The notes under the pieces were generated by a model. The model was not told the origin of the DNA. It saw nothing but the letters and a program-made list of their open reading frames with translations, and did not search any database. Below, piece after piece: positions 1-11,300 of a stretch of 64,000 nucleotides of DNA. The DNA is from Mizuhopecten yessoensis (taxonomy: Eukaryota). The translations under genes and the position numbers were made by a program. Location of the stretch: the NCBI RefSeq assembly GCF_002113885.1, contig NW_018408548.1:428000-491999 (forward strand). The letters are read 5' to 3'. The stretch's first letter is position 1. Each line of letters starts with the position of its first letter.

Positions 1-232
1 TAGGTGGGGGTTGGGGTGATGGTAACAACACTATGTAGGTGGGGTATGGGGTGATGGTAACAACACTATGTAGGTGGGGGTTGCGGTGATGGTAACAACA
101 CTATGTAGGTGGGGGATGGGGGGATGGTAACAACACTATGTAGGTGGGGGATGGGGTGATGTAACAACACTATGTAGGTGGGGGTTGCGGTGATGGTAAC
201 AACACTATGAAGGTGGGGGTTGGGGTGATAGG
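1..232. repeat. G-rich 35-bp minisatellite (TAGGTGGGGGTTGGGGTGATGGTAACAACACTATG), ~6.5 copies, probably continuing past the window edge; inside a SET intron
   Basis: Units start at 1, 36, 71, 106, 141, 175 and 210, with few substitutions. Confidence 0.95.
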
Positions 233-246
233 GGCTAATGTCTTAC

Positions 247-345
247 CCTCATCATCCTCCACAGAATCTATCGTTTCTCCTAAGCCATTTGTTTCATCTA
301 ATTCATCATCATCGTCATCATCATCAATTTGATATACTTCTTCAT
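247..345 (-). CDS. SET: SET exon 7 (acidic tail)
   Basis: aacag|..[32 protein letters not shown]|gtaaga; phase matches exon 6. Confidence 0.82.
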
Positions 346-3300
346 CTGTTGAAATCAAAATCAATGTCTTGTAATTATTTAGGAACGGGTATTGTCGCCT
401 ATTTCAATATACAGTACATGTGTTTTTTTTAATATTTTTAAAAAATGTAAAAAAATATCGAGAAACAACTCTTTAAACAACTTTTTAAAATAAACAAGAT
501 CTAAGACAGACTAATTTTTCATTTCACAAATATCTTGTGTTTGTGGGGGTTTTCTCGGTTTCAGTTTTGAAATTTGCATGCTTAATACGAAAGTTTGACT
601 GGCAAACAATCTGGATGTTGTCACAACTTGTGTTCAACTTTGACTGTTAGAAAAAATACAAAATTTTATTTGTTTGAATAACAAATTAACATACTTACCA
701 TCATCTAACTCATCATCATCATCATCGTCATCTCCCAATACTACCACAGAATCTTCGTTTTCATCATCATGATCACTGTTAAATAAAAGTTTTGTTCTTT
801 TATGAGTAGCTTTTATGATATGAAAAGAAAACAGACTAAATCCTTTATAAAGGCATGTCATAATCAAAATGCCTCTTTTTCATTTGCTGTGTTCACATAT
901 CTTTGTTGAAATAGTTTCAGGTGGCCAAGAACTATTCCGCAATAAACCAACACTTTGACAGGAAGTTGGCTGATGAAAATAGGACAATTTCAGAGAAAGT
1001 GACGAATAAATACTTGATTATAATAAAACAAGAATAATAATTGAGATTGTTTTATGTAGAAATATGCACACTAGCAATTTTCAGCGTTTCTATGCATGTG
1101 CCAAAATTTTCAGAAGTCAATCTAGCTAACTTCAAATCTATGCCTGCTGTTTTCTTTCACATTCAGCCATCTGAAAGAGTTGAAGTAGATATGTGAAAGT
1201 GGTCCTAATTTTATCACAAGTTCTCGCTATTTATATTTAATTTTTGTGAATCAAGTTTCAGGAAGTTTCATAACAATTATGAAATTTGAATTTGTTTCAG
1301 ATCCTCTTTAAACTATCTCTGAACTTAAATCATGTGAAACTGAAGAATAATGGAATTTTACACAGGTTTCTCCAATACTCCAAATAAACATGCCTGTGTC
1401 AACACTCCTTGACCTCCATATGCTTGTATTCTATGACGCGCATGAATACAAATATGTTTATTCACACTTTGGCATTTGACAGTATGTTCGTATTTCCGCT
1501 ATGTTTACATTTATGTACCCCAATACACAGAAGCATAGGAGTACACATGGAGTGATGATGTTTTCAAAACATTAGCGATGCGATCAAAGGTCTAATTATG
1601 CAAAAGTGTGTCATGACGTCATAGCGTGTGTAGGCTGTCTTTCCCTCGGGCAAGACCAGTTTATCTTTTCATGGGTCAATTCCTGTATTCACAGGCAAGT
1701 ATGGGGGAATAATAGAATCTTTCATCCCCTTGGGGGTGAGATAGGAGAATCTCAACCAGAGGGGAAGATTCTTAAGTTGCCAAACACAAGGCTTTGCTGA
1801 GTGTTTGGCAACTTAAGAATCTTTTCCTGAGGGTGGAGATTCCACTATCTCACCCACAAGGGGGCGAATGATTCTTTTTCTCTTACCCTGTTCTCCCATT
1901 GTGTATCATATACACAATGTAACGATAACGTTACATGCTTAATTCAGGGTTGACGTGACGTTGGCGGATTGTTGACGTGACGTCATTGTATTGTTGAAGT
2001 GACATCATGCCATTGTTATGAATAGGGGAATCCCCCCGTCTCAACCCTAGGGTGAGACAAGGAAATCTCACACCGGTAAAAGTGCGGATACACCTGTCTA
2101 GGGTAAGAGAATAAATAATCACACGTAGCCAAGACAAAACTTACCCTACTCCATTCTCTCCCACTTCAATGTCTGGTGCCAGGTAATACTGGAGTGGGTT
2201 GGGCCACATGTCATCCTTTATCACCTGAAAACACAAGTTATGCCAATCATGACAAGGATTCAGAATTTTTTAAGCCTATCATTAAATCTAGGACCGAACT
2301 ATTGCTCCAATTTTCTTGGAATATTTTGACATTTACAGCATAAGAGTAAAACCTTGATAGATTATGTCCCTTTTCATAGCTTAACATTTCCAGTCCCCCT
2401 TGTCTTTCCTTCTTGTACATATACATGAATTCCTTTATACTGTATAAATCCCTCAATATATTGCCAAACCCCTGTATAACATCAAGATATCAAATGATGG
2501 CAGTATAACACAACCCTGATGTAGCTAGATATCTGTGACCATACAGACATGCCTATGAGAAATCTTGTCATTTCCTGCAGAGCTTTATCCGGGATTTTTG
2601 GGAGAAAACAGACCCTGGGATCAATTGGGAAAATACCAACAGTCTTTTCCAATTTTTCCTAGTCCATGTGCAAATTCCATAAACCTTATATTATTCAACA
2701 AGATATGCAATATCTAAATTTCACTAATCAATGGGCTAGCGGTTTTTAGAACCACTACAGTCCAGCTGGAGATTTCACTAGTCTCAGACTATCAGGCTAC
2801 CCTTATTGGCTAACCCTGCAGTGGTTGTAGAATTATAAATACATCTACACAGGGGTGTTCCATTTTTCTTTTTAGAGTACATGGTTAAGTGTGCAGGCAA
2901 AATTTGAGTGAAAATTTGTACTAGTCCCCTAATATATATTCAGAGTAAATTGTCACTAACGCCGACGTAAAAAATACTTGCCCCATACATCAGGCTAATG
3001 GAAAAGTACACCATTTATATATATGTATATATAGATGAAGTGTTTACTTTGTCCACAGGACTTGATATATGTATTTTTTTAAATTAGCTAGTTATATAAT
3101 ATTGGGAACACCACATGGAAGGTCAGACCACCCACCTCTGCAATGTCGTCTGCTGATGGGTCAGTGTTGTCCTGGAACCAATGGAAAAATGTCCGTGAGA
3201 ATCCATGCCTCCGTTTCCTGTTGGGCATCTGTGCCTGTGCCCGTTTCGTCAGGTCCATGTTGTCCTTCCACTCGACCTTTGTTGATTTTGATGCTGGGTC

Positions 3301-6300
3301 ACCTGTACAAAGAACATCTATTTTATCTTACAGACCAGGGCGAGTATTTTATTATTATAAATTTCAGTGAATTTAGAGGATTTGTTTTCTGGTTGCCATA
3401 TTTTCATCAAGTTTGAAAAATGAGGCAATGGTGTTTTTACATATACTGTGATATAGGCAGAGTTTTGAAATATTTAGCAGGGGCTGTCTGCAATCATTTA
3501 CACTGATCCCTAGCCCTGGAGAAAACACTGGTAAGGCAGCTGACAATTATGTTGTTTAACTGTTAGAAAAATATTTACTGAAATTTTAAACAAGTGGATG
3601 GAGAAAGGAAAAATTGTAATTAATTAACTATCTCAATGAATAATTGGATTTATTCCTCAATTACATGTCAAATGTAACCAAGAAGCTGAAACGAAAAATT
3701 TAAGCAGAATTTATTTAAAAATGGCAAAATGATGCAGGAGTATATATGGACATTGAGATCCTTGTTTGGTATTGGTGAAGGTGTGAGGCCAAATAAAAAG
3801 TAGAACTGTATGCCAAAGGATAACTAATACCCCCACTCCTATATAAACCAGAACTGTAAGCCAAAGGCTAACTAATACCCCCACTCCTATATAAACCAGA
3901 ACTGTAAGCTAAAGCTTACTAATGCAAAGCAGTAAAGTCTCCCACCAGTAATGAGTTAATCACCATTTAAAAAAAAAAATAACAAAGTATTTCGCACAAA
4001 GGGGCATAACTCCATCAAAAGGGTTGAAATCCCAAATTAAAATGCCAGTGCTCAACTACATAAGATACTGATCATTCATGCAAAGTTTCAATGAAATCCA
4101 CCAGTTAATTAAGGAGGAGTTTTCCGCACAAGTTACTGCGGCCGACATCCAGACAGGGTGATTCCAGTATACCCCCCTAACTTCGTTGCGGGGGTATAAA
4201 AATATCTTGTGTTTCCGCTAACCCAACCCATCCTAGATTTTGTGCCTACCCTTAAGTTTTTATTGGCATATATTGATCATGATATGCACTGTTCGAGTCA
4301 GAACTCCTGCTCTATATATAAGCAGAGTAAAATTATTTTCAAAATTTAAAAAAATGCTTACCTACCTACACTAATTTTCTGGGGATGGTAGCGGAAACAC
4401 AAGTAAAATAATGTTTTCGTCTTGACTAACTTTACCTGTTGTAGCTAGGTGAAATTCTTTGGACAATGTACTGTTGTTAAAATAAGGATTGGAGGAAAAT
4501 GTGAAATTTATCCTGTATCCTGATTTGATATCTTCAAATTCTTCGACTTCAACCTACAAGGAAAACAAAATAAACTTGAGCACCTATATAACATGCTTTG
4601 AATTCCCTTCAAATAACTCAATCAGAAAGTGTTCAAAGTCAACACGACAACACAGATTTAGCTAGGACAGATACAAAATATTTTCACCTTTTAAACAAGT
4701 CTGTAGGGGATGCCTGCAATTTTAGCATCAATTTGATATATGGAATTATGTAAAGGCAAATATATAAAAGAAGATATTTTTTCTCTTTGTCTATTGTCAG
4801 TATCATTATATTATCACAGTATTTTCTCTCTTTGGTTATTGCCTAAACTCATTCACCCCTGAAATTTCGTAATGAACTATTCCAATCTTTGAATCGGAAG
4901 AGTTCATATGTATCCTTAGGGGATGATGAGTTTAACGTAGTTCATTTGATCGCCATGACTTGAAATAACCCATTTGACGAAAATCAGTACATTTTTTCTC
5001 TTCACTTTTGGTTTCGGAATACTCCCCTAAATTGTTATTCCGTCTTTTCGTATTGCAGAGTTATCTGCTTTTGTGAGCAGGTATTGATTGTTACGTCATT
5101 TGTTTGTGAGAGTAACGTCATAAACTTTTAAGAAAACGACGTAATTTTCTCACACAAACCAAGACGTAACAATCAATACCTGCTCACAAGAGAAGATAAC
5201 TCTGCAATACGCAAGAATAGACAGAATAGAACAACTTTGCAGTAACTTACCATATTGAGGTAGTGTAAGCACTCCTCCTCTTCTTCATCAAGGATGGCAG
5301 AAATCTGTGGATGGTTGACAAACTGGGGGGCAAATTAAGGATTTTTAGTGTGAAAAAAATACACATACCGGTATATATATGACAGGAAAGAGAATAGTGT
5401 ATTTCCATCGGGGAATGAACCTGAGATCCCATACTAGTGGACTACCACATGAGTTAAAGGTAAATTCCCTCTAGCTCAAAGCTAAAAGGCGACCCTAAAC
5501 CTATGTACAATTAAAATCTGCCACATATACATACATGGACATAACTTAGTATCTTGCTATTATAGTTTTTGTTAAAATAGTAGCATTATATAAACAATAT
5601 TGGTCTCTTTTGGTATTTTAATATCAATTTAGGTCCTTTTAGAATTGTGATAAGTATCACTCATTTCTTATAGTAAATATAATATAAACTTTATTTATTT
5701 TACAACAATTATATAAAAAAAGTTATTTCAACTCATATGATCACTTGTTGGCCTGGATGTTAGTGCCCGGCAGTCTCAAAGTGGGAGGAAACCGGAGTAC
5801 CTGGAGATCGCCCACATGGTTGGGCAGGTGATCCCATGCCTTTTGATGTCCGATCAGGGAATCGAACCCAGGCGCCTTGGTGAAAGGCAAGTGCAGTTTC
5901 GCCTGTGCCACCCCTACCATCTTAAAGTAGTGTTTCATTGTGTACTAACGGAGACGCATTATGGCGATTGCTTTTTCAAAACTACCCTTACACAGGTGCT
6001 GGACACACTAATATGATGTGTATATAAACTATATAATAGTATTATAAAGTATATACACATCACATTAAAGTGTTCAGCACCTGTGTACCCTTACATGGTA
6101 AGTTTTTGATAAAAAAGTTCAACTTTGGAACTAGCCTCCATACCACTTTCATCCTTCATTCACCTCATCAACATTTTGAAATGCTGTGGATGTTGCCAGT
6201 TTCAAGGCATGTATATGGGAAGCTGAACGGCCAAACCTGTAGACATCATTGTGCTATGCGTAAATCTGTTACGTCTTAATTGTATAAATTTATGCTTTGC

Positions 6301-7618
6301 ATGCCTGTTTTAAGTTGCATTTTTAAATATGCTTTAAATGTGTTTGCATGAACACAAACCTGTGATATTATGCTAGTTTGTGTACTGAAGTATGCTTTAT
6401 ATGTAAATTAAATTTTAAGTTTTCATTTTTTTATGATATATTATCAGCCTGTGATATGTTTATGTGATTATGTTCATCTCATAATCAATAACTATAAGCA
6501 AATGTGATCAAATAACAAATGAAATTCAAAATGTGATAAATATAACATGCCACATTAAATATTATCATTATTATTATTTATTTAAATATGTTTTATTGGA
6601 TGCTTCCTCTCTATTTGTAACTTTACAGCATGAGCATATATTGTTAAATTAATGAAACCTTGTTTTATTTATATTTCATTTATTATGTCGATTGTAAAAG
6701 CTCACTAAACAAGGTTGTGTAATCTTTGTAATCATATCGACATTAAATAAAATTTACTTGACTTGACTTTACTAAATATCGTTTCAAATCCTCCTCCTCC
6801 CCCCCCCNATAAATAGTGGATCTAGATCCACCCCCCAACACCAATCCAGCACTTGAGGCATCTTCAATAAATATGGCAGCTACTTTGAACCTTTCAAATG
6901 GAAAGCTGCATCTGGGCATCTGATGGTATCAAATGAAAAGTCACCCATCATGTTTATGATCAGTGTAAATAGATATAAAAATACTGAAATTTACGTTCGG
7001 TACATTTTTCAACTTAAAAACAAGAAAAAGTAAATGTTAGTTTGATTAAAATAACTCATAAGAGAAAATCAAAATTCAGTGGTGTGCTACCTTGCTTTCT
7101 ATACTGATTACCTCCCCTTGCTAGGTCAGATATTATTTTACATTATATGTTTGGGATTGAAAACAAACAAAAACGCTACATCATTTCTTAGTAACTTAAC
7201 AATATGAAAGGTGTTCATTTCAGTAGAACTCAGTCTAGAAGATTTATGAGCGACGTAGATCTGGTGCTGATTTCTCTTTGAAGACACTGTTGGCCATTTT
7301 TCTTCAACATCAAAATAAATCATTGGCTAAAATCGACACAAAGGATACAGCAGTGACCCAAAAGTTTGGAATCTTTTTGATAAGTTCATTCCGTTGATCA
7401 AAATGAGGTTTCCGCAATTTGTTGTACTTCTGCTCAACTTTCAGTATTTCCTCACTTGCTTTCTCATTTAGAACGTCAATATCATTTTGACAAGCGTCTA
7501 TATCTTCCAAAGCCTTTTGTGTATCTGCATCAAAATCCTGACTCTGATCACCTTCAGATACCTCTATTGGTCCGTCTGTCTTTTGCATCTTTGTCGGGGG
7601 GGACCCGTCTGTCGACAT
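247..7618 (-). CDS. SET: Protein SET / TAF-I / I2PP2A-like, NAP-family histone chaperone (3' end lies beyond the window)
   Basis: Spliced by hand, all phases compatible: 7618-7349, 5322-5251, 4553-4436, 3302-3136, 2224-2145, 775-699, 345-247. Translation includes [33 protein letters not shown]|[24 protein letters not shown]|[27 protein letters not shown]|..FFHWF..IAE|[15 protein letters not shown] and an acidic tail, the typical SET/NAP motifs. Confidence 0.93.
699..775 (-). CDS. SET: SET exon 6 (acidic tail)
   Basis: aacag|..[25 protein letters not shown]|gtaagt; phase matches exon 5. Confidence 0.85.
1714..1876. mobile_element. Palindromic (foldback) non-autonomous element core; element probably extends ~1600-2115
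   Basis: Perfect 23-bp arms 1765-1787 / 1801-1823 around a 13-nt loop, extending imperfectly to ~70-bp arms; a second inverted pair at 1878-1889 / 2100-2111. Confidence 0.75.
2145..2224 (-). CDS. SET: SET exon 5
   Basis: cag|[26 protein letters not shown]..|gtaagt. Confidence 0.92.
3136..3302 (-). CDS. SET: SET exon 4
   Basis: cag|..[35 protein letters not shown]|gtgggt. Confidence 0.9.
3786..4424. mobile_element. AGGCCAAATAAAAA-terminated MITE (Zator-like) interrupted by a HINE insertion
   Basis: Left end GGCCAAATAAAAA; body TGTGTTTCCGCTA..CCTACCTAC..GCGGAAACACA; related to the 10601-11830 element. Confidence 0.55.
3802..4198 (-). mobile_element. Non-autonomous Helentron-type element (HINE / DINE-1 / pearl-like), single core repeat
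   Basis: End GTATACCCCCCTAACTTCGTTGCGGGGGTATAA stem; other end AGAACTGTAAGCCAAAGG in ~48-bp tandem copies. Both ends match the 14184-15113 element in reverse orientation. Confidence 0.75.
4436..4553 (-). CDS. SET: SET exon 3
   Basis: tag|[40 protein letters not shown]|gtaaag. Confidence 0.92.
5032..5234. mobile_element. ~200-bp palindromic MITE
   Basis: Near-perfect arms 5049-5097 (CGTATTGCAGAGTTATCT..GAGCAGGTATTGATTGTTACGTC) and 5163-5211. Confidence 0.85.
5251..5322 (-). CDS. SET: SET exon 2
   Basis: cag|TTTGTCAACCATCCA...AATATG|gtaagt; FVNHPQ...LHYLNM. Confidence 0.92.
5323..7348 (-). other. U12-type (minor spliceosome) GT-AG intron, SET intron 1
   Basis: 5' splice site GTATCCTTT (7348-7340); branch site TCCTTAAT 11 nt upstream of the exon, with only a very short C-run before the CAG. 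Confidence 0.9.
5720..5922 (-). mobile_element. tRNA-derived SINE with V-domain-like core
   Basis: B-box GGGTTCGATTCCC (5869-5857) followed by GGTACTCCGGTTTCCTCCCAC, the V-SINE core signature. Confidence 0.75.
7349..7618 (-). CDS. SET: SET exon 1 (90 codons)
   Basis: ATG at 7618; ends WVTA|GTATCCTTT. Confidence 0.93.
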
Positions 7619-7862
7619 AGTTGTTGTTTATATGTGTCTTCTGTTAGTTAGTGGACTTGCCTTTCTTCTCTTTTGAAAAGTTGATAAATTTGCGCGAATA
7701 CGCACGCTCCTTGCTGTATTACCGACGGTGGCAGAAAGAGTGAAATCGATTGGTTGCTAAAAATAAAACTTCGCGATTATGTTCATTTCGCACCAATGAT
7801 GTGGGTTGTAACAGAATTCCTTCGGTATGGAGTCGAATATCCGGGCACTTGTCAATATTAAA
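7619..7862. promoter_or_regulatory. Putative bidirectional promoter shared by SET and RSBN1
   Basis: Divergent ATGs at 7618(-) and 7827/7863(+); local CpG cluster; CCAAT boxes in opposite orientations (ATTGG 7749-7753, CCAAT 7793-7797); E2F-like TTTGCGCGAA ~7689; YY1-like AAAATGGCGG over the 7863 ATG. Confidence 0.75.
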
Positions 7863-8388
7863 ATGGCGGAGGAAGAAACGACAGATTCACGAAATAATGA
7901 AAACAACGATAATATCTTTGAGATCTTGCAAAAACAAACTTCTATGCGTATGACACTAGACACATTTGATGACCAACTAAGTGAAAATGATAATGACATA
8001 TTGTTCAATCTAAAACGGGACCAAACAGGTTACAGGAATCTACCGGGATTGCAAATCACACATGCTGCACATGTTGCGAAGGAGGATAAAAATAAACAAT
8101 CTGATTCTCCAGTGACATCTTCACCTTCAGATCCAAAACGTCTGAAAATTGCAACCATTCCAACAACACATATTCCAGATCCATGTGTCAGTCCAGATAC
8201 TGGCAAAAGGAGGCGAATTCAACATGATTATCGTAGACTGTCAAATTCTGGATATTTAGACGATTATGTCAGTAGTGAAAGGCGTTTTTCATCAACAAGT
8301 GATTCATCAGAAATAAGTGGTTCGCCGTCACCTCCCAAGCAAAAACCATTACAGAAGCCATCAAATGGAATGAATGGAACGACGAAAG
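7863..8388 (+). CDS. RSBN1: RSBN1 exon 1
   Basis: Strong-context AAAATGG; includes NLS-like [14 protein letters not shown]; donor AAAG|gtaatg. Confidence 0.8.
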
Positions 8389-11300
8389 GTAATGTCTGAT
8401 GGAAACAACTGTTGTCAACGTTGTAACAGATTTTGTTCATGTTGGGATGCACGTAGGCACACATCAAAATCAATGTCTGCTCTTTGGCCTCACCACTCGA
8501 CCCCACCACTCGACCCCCACTCGACTAACAATAAGGCGACAAAGCATTTGCACTTTAAAATTATGTGTTTAATAAATCACCTTTAGAATTGTAACATACA
8601 TATTTGAAATGATATTCTTAATTGCATCATAATTTGGGATGTGTTTTTGAATAGTAAAAGGGACTTGGTGAGTGCATGAATACATTGTATATTCAATTAT
8701 ATGTGATATAACAGGGGTCATGCATGTGTTATCAGTGAAAATATCAACAGCTGCTCAATAGTAGGGTTGATTATTGGAGTTCAGCATCTCTCATCATGAA
8801 GATCTTGACTTAGTATTGCACTTACCATCATACATGCCATAACTTTCCGGTGCAAAATATTGAGATCAGTAAAAAATGAATAATGAGATTTGGTCAAAAA
8901 TAGTGAGATTTTTTCTCTAAATAGTGAGATTTTTTCTCTAAATTAGTTAGAAATTCGTGAGACATTTAAAACATAAATTTTACTGCATATCACATTGCAT
9001 TATCTCATTTGTGTTATTCTGAAGCCTCTAATTACTTTGTTAGAGCCAAAATTAAAGATTTATTGATATTTTAAAGGATTTTATTGATATTTTAAAGGAT
9101 TTTAGGGAGGTTTACACATGACATACCATCCGGATAAAGTTATCAACATTTAAAAAAAGTAAATATATCACAATACTTCCATCAAAGGCAAAAAAATGAA
9201 TAATGAAAAGAAGTAAAAGGGATGTCCTTGTTACCCAGGTTAGAAAAAAAAGTACATCTCAAAACATTGGGAATAATGTTCATTTGCTGAAAAAAAGTAA
9301 ATGAATATCTACTACTTCCACTATTTGTATATATCCAATGTGAAGAAACTTAATTTCTTACGTTTATGTTTTTTTTCATCAACACTCAAACCCATCCCGA
9401 TGGCAAGAGAATAAATTCTCGGATTCAATGTCAGTGTCCGGTTTCGATTTTATAGTCTTGACTTACATTTCCGTTTGGGTAAACCATGTATGTGTTCGGT
9501 TGTANTCATGACTTACATTTCCGTTTGGGTAAACCATGTATGTGTTCGGTTGTATTAAATGAATTAACAGTTCTTATGTTGCTGTTTAAAATGTTTATAT
9601 CAACTGTCATCACATATTAATTAGCAAATATGGATGTGGGATCACTGATTTAATTGCTTGACAGTTCACACATCGGTGAGCAAGTCACGAAGCCATGCGC
9701 TGCTTAATCGGTCGGCCAGGCCACTTTGTGAATCCATGTACATTTACTAAAATTGATCAAATTTTGTTTCTTTTCGTGAGACTGATTGCAATTCTTGAGA
9801 AATGGGTCTCACGCCATGAGGATTTTTTCAGAAGCAATTTTCGTGAGTCTCACGCCAAAATCCTTAGATATGGCATGTATGTACCATAATATATTAAATC
9901 AGTGGTAAAGGTGACCACAATACTGAACAATGATCAAAGAATTATAATGAGTTGTGTACTGATGACTACGAATTTTAGTAGCTGACAAGTAGAAAATGTG
10001 TTAAAAATATGCAAACATATAAAATATTGGTGGGGATTTGGTAGGAAATTCAACATAGGTTTGTGCAGTCATGCTTGTATGAATGCAAAATAATTTACAT
10101 TCATATTTCACACAACCTGGTTGCATTGCATTTATTTATAATTATTGACTAAATATTGCTGAAGGTGGCCCATTTGACTTGGTTATATATATTATAGGCT
10201 ATCTGCTCTAGTGAGGGCACCTTAGGCGAGGAATATTTAACTATACCATTTGTACAATTCTAGAATATATAGTTTCCATAAATATGAAGTAGTCATGCAG
10301 AATTGGTTTTGATCTGGACAACCTTTATCGCTATAATGTTGTTGTTATCAGTTAAGATAATAAAAACAAAGTTGCCATAGATTCAAATTAACTCATTTAC
10401 CCCCAAGTCACATTTGAACCTTACTAAATTAATTTAATGACTGGGCAAGTCCAGTTTAGATATATAGGGGTGAATGACACACCTCAACTTTCCAATTAAT
10501 ACTACAACTGTATTATAAGACACAACATCTGGTCACATGAAACGTGCCCTGTTTACGCTATAAATCACATTTTCTGCAATTTGCCAACTTTGATCACTTA
10601 TAGGCCAAATACAAATATACCTACCAGGTAGCTGTGTTTCCCGTTTCCTGACTGACCCTATTTTTTCATGCCGACCCTAATACATTTTATTGGTTTTTCA
10701 CAGTCACTGTAATGCATTTATAAGCCGTTTAATTGTTAAAGTGTACTTAAAATTTGTTATGCATTTTATTAGTGTGGTCCGTGTCAGAGTTTTATTTGAA
10801 GATAGTAGCTAAGTAGCCGTAGATAATTGTGGTTATGATATAGGTTGGGATCTGTAGATTAGTGTGAATGTCTAGTCTAGGTGGGGGGAGTCCAGTCTGT
10901 GATGTCAGTGATGACCGCCAGAGTCAAATTTAGCAGGATTCATGGCTAGTTTTTAGCAGCATCAACAATTTTTATGAATCAACATTTTTATTGTAGCAGG
11001 ATTTTGCTAAGAGACAGATAGTAAGGTAGTTCAGCTTGGGAGCCAAAGGAGGAGAAGAGATTTGGGCTGGGGAATTGAGTTAAACAGTTTTGAGGAAGGA
11101 GGTTGAGTAATTAGGGAGACCCAGTTGGGAGGTCAAGAGATATATATATATAGGAGAGATAGAAGTTAAAAATATTAGACTTATATAGTAGTTTTAGCTG
11201 TAGTTTGTAGATCTGTTCAGTTTTACAGTTTATAGTTGGAGATAATTAAGTTTGAAGTGGAGAGATTGAGTTCACAATAGTGAAGACTGGTATAGTTTAT

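Noticed and set aside
9459-9556. ~46-bp direct repeat
   Set aside because: Straddles an N at 9505; probably a contig-overlap artefact.
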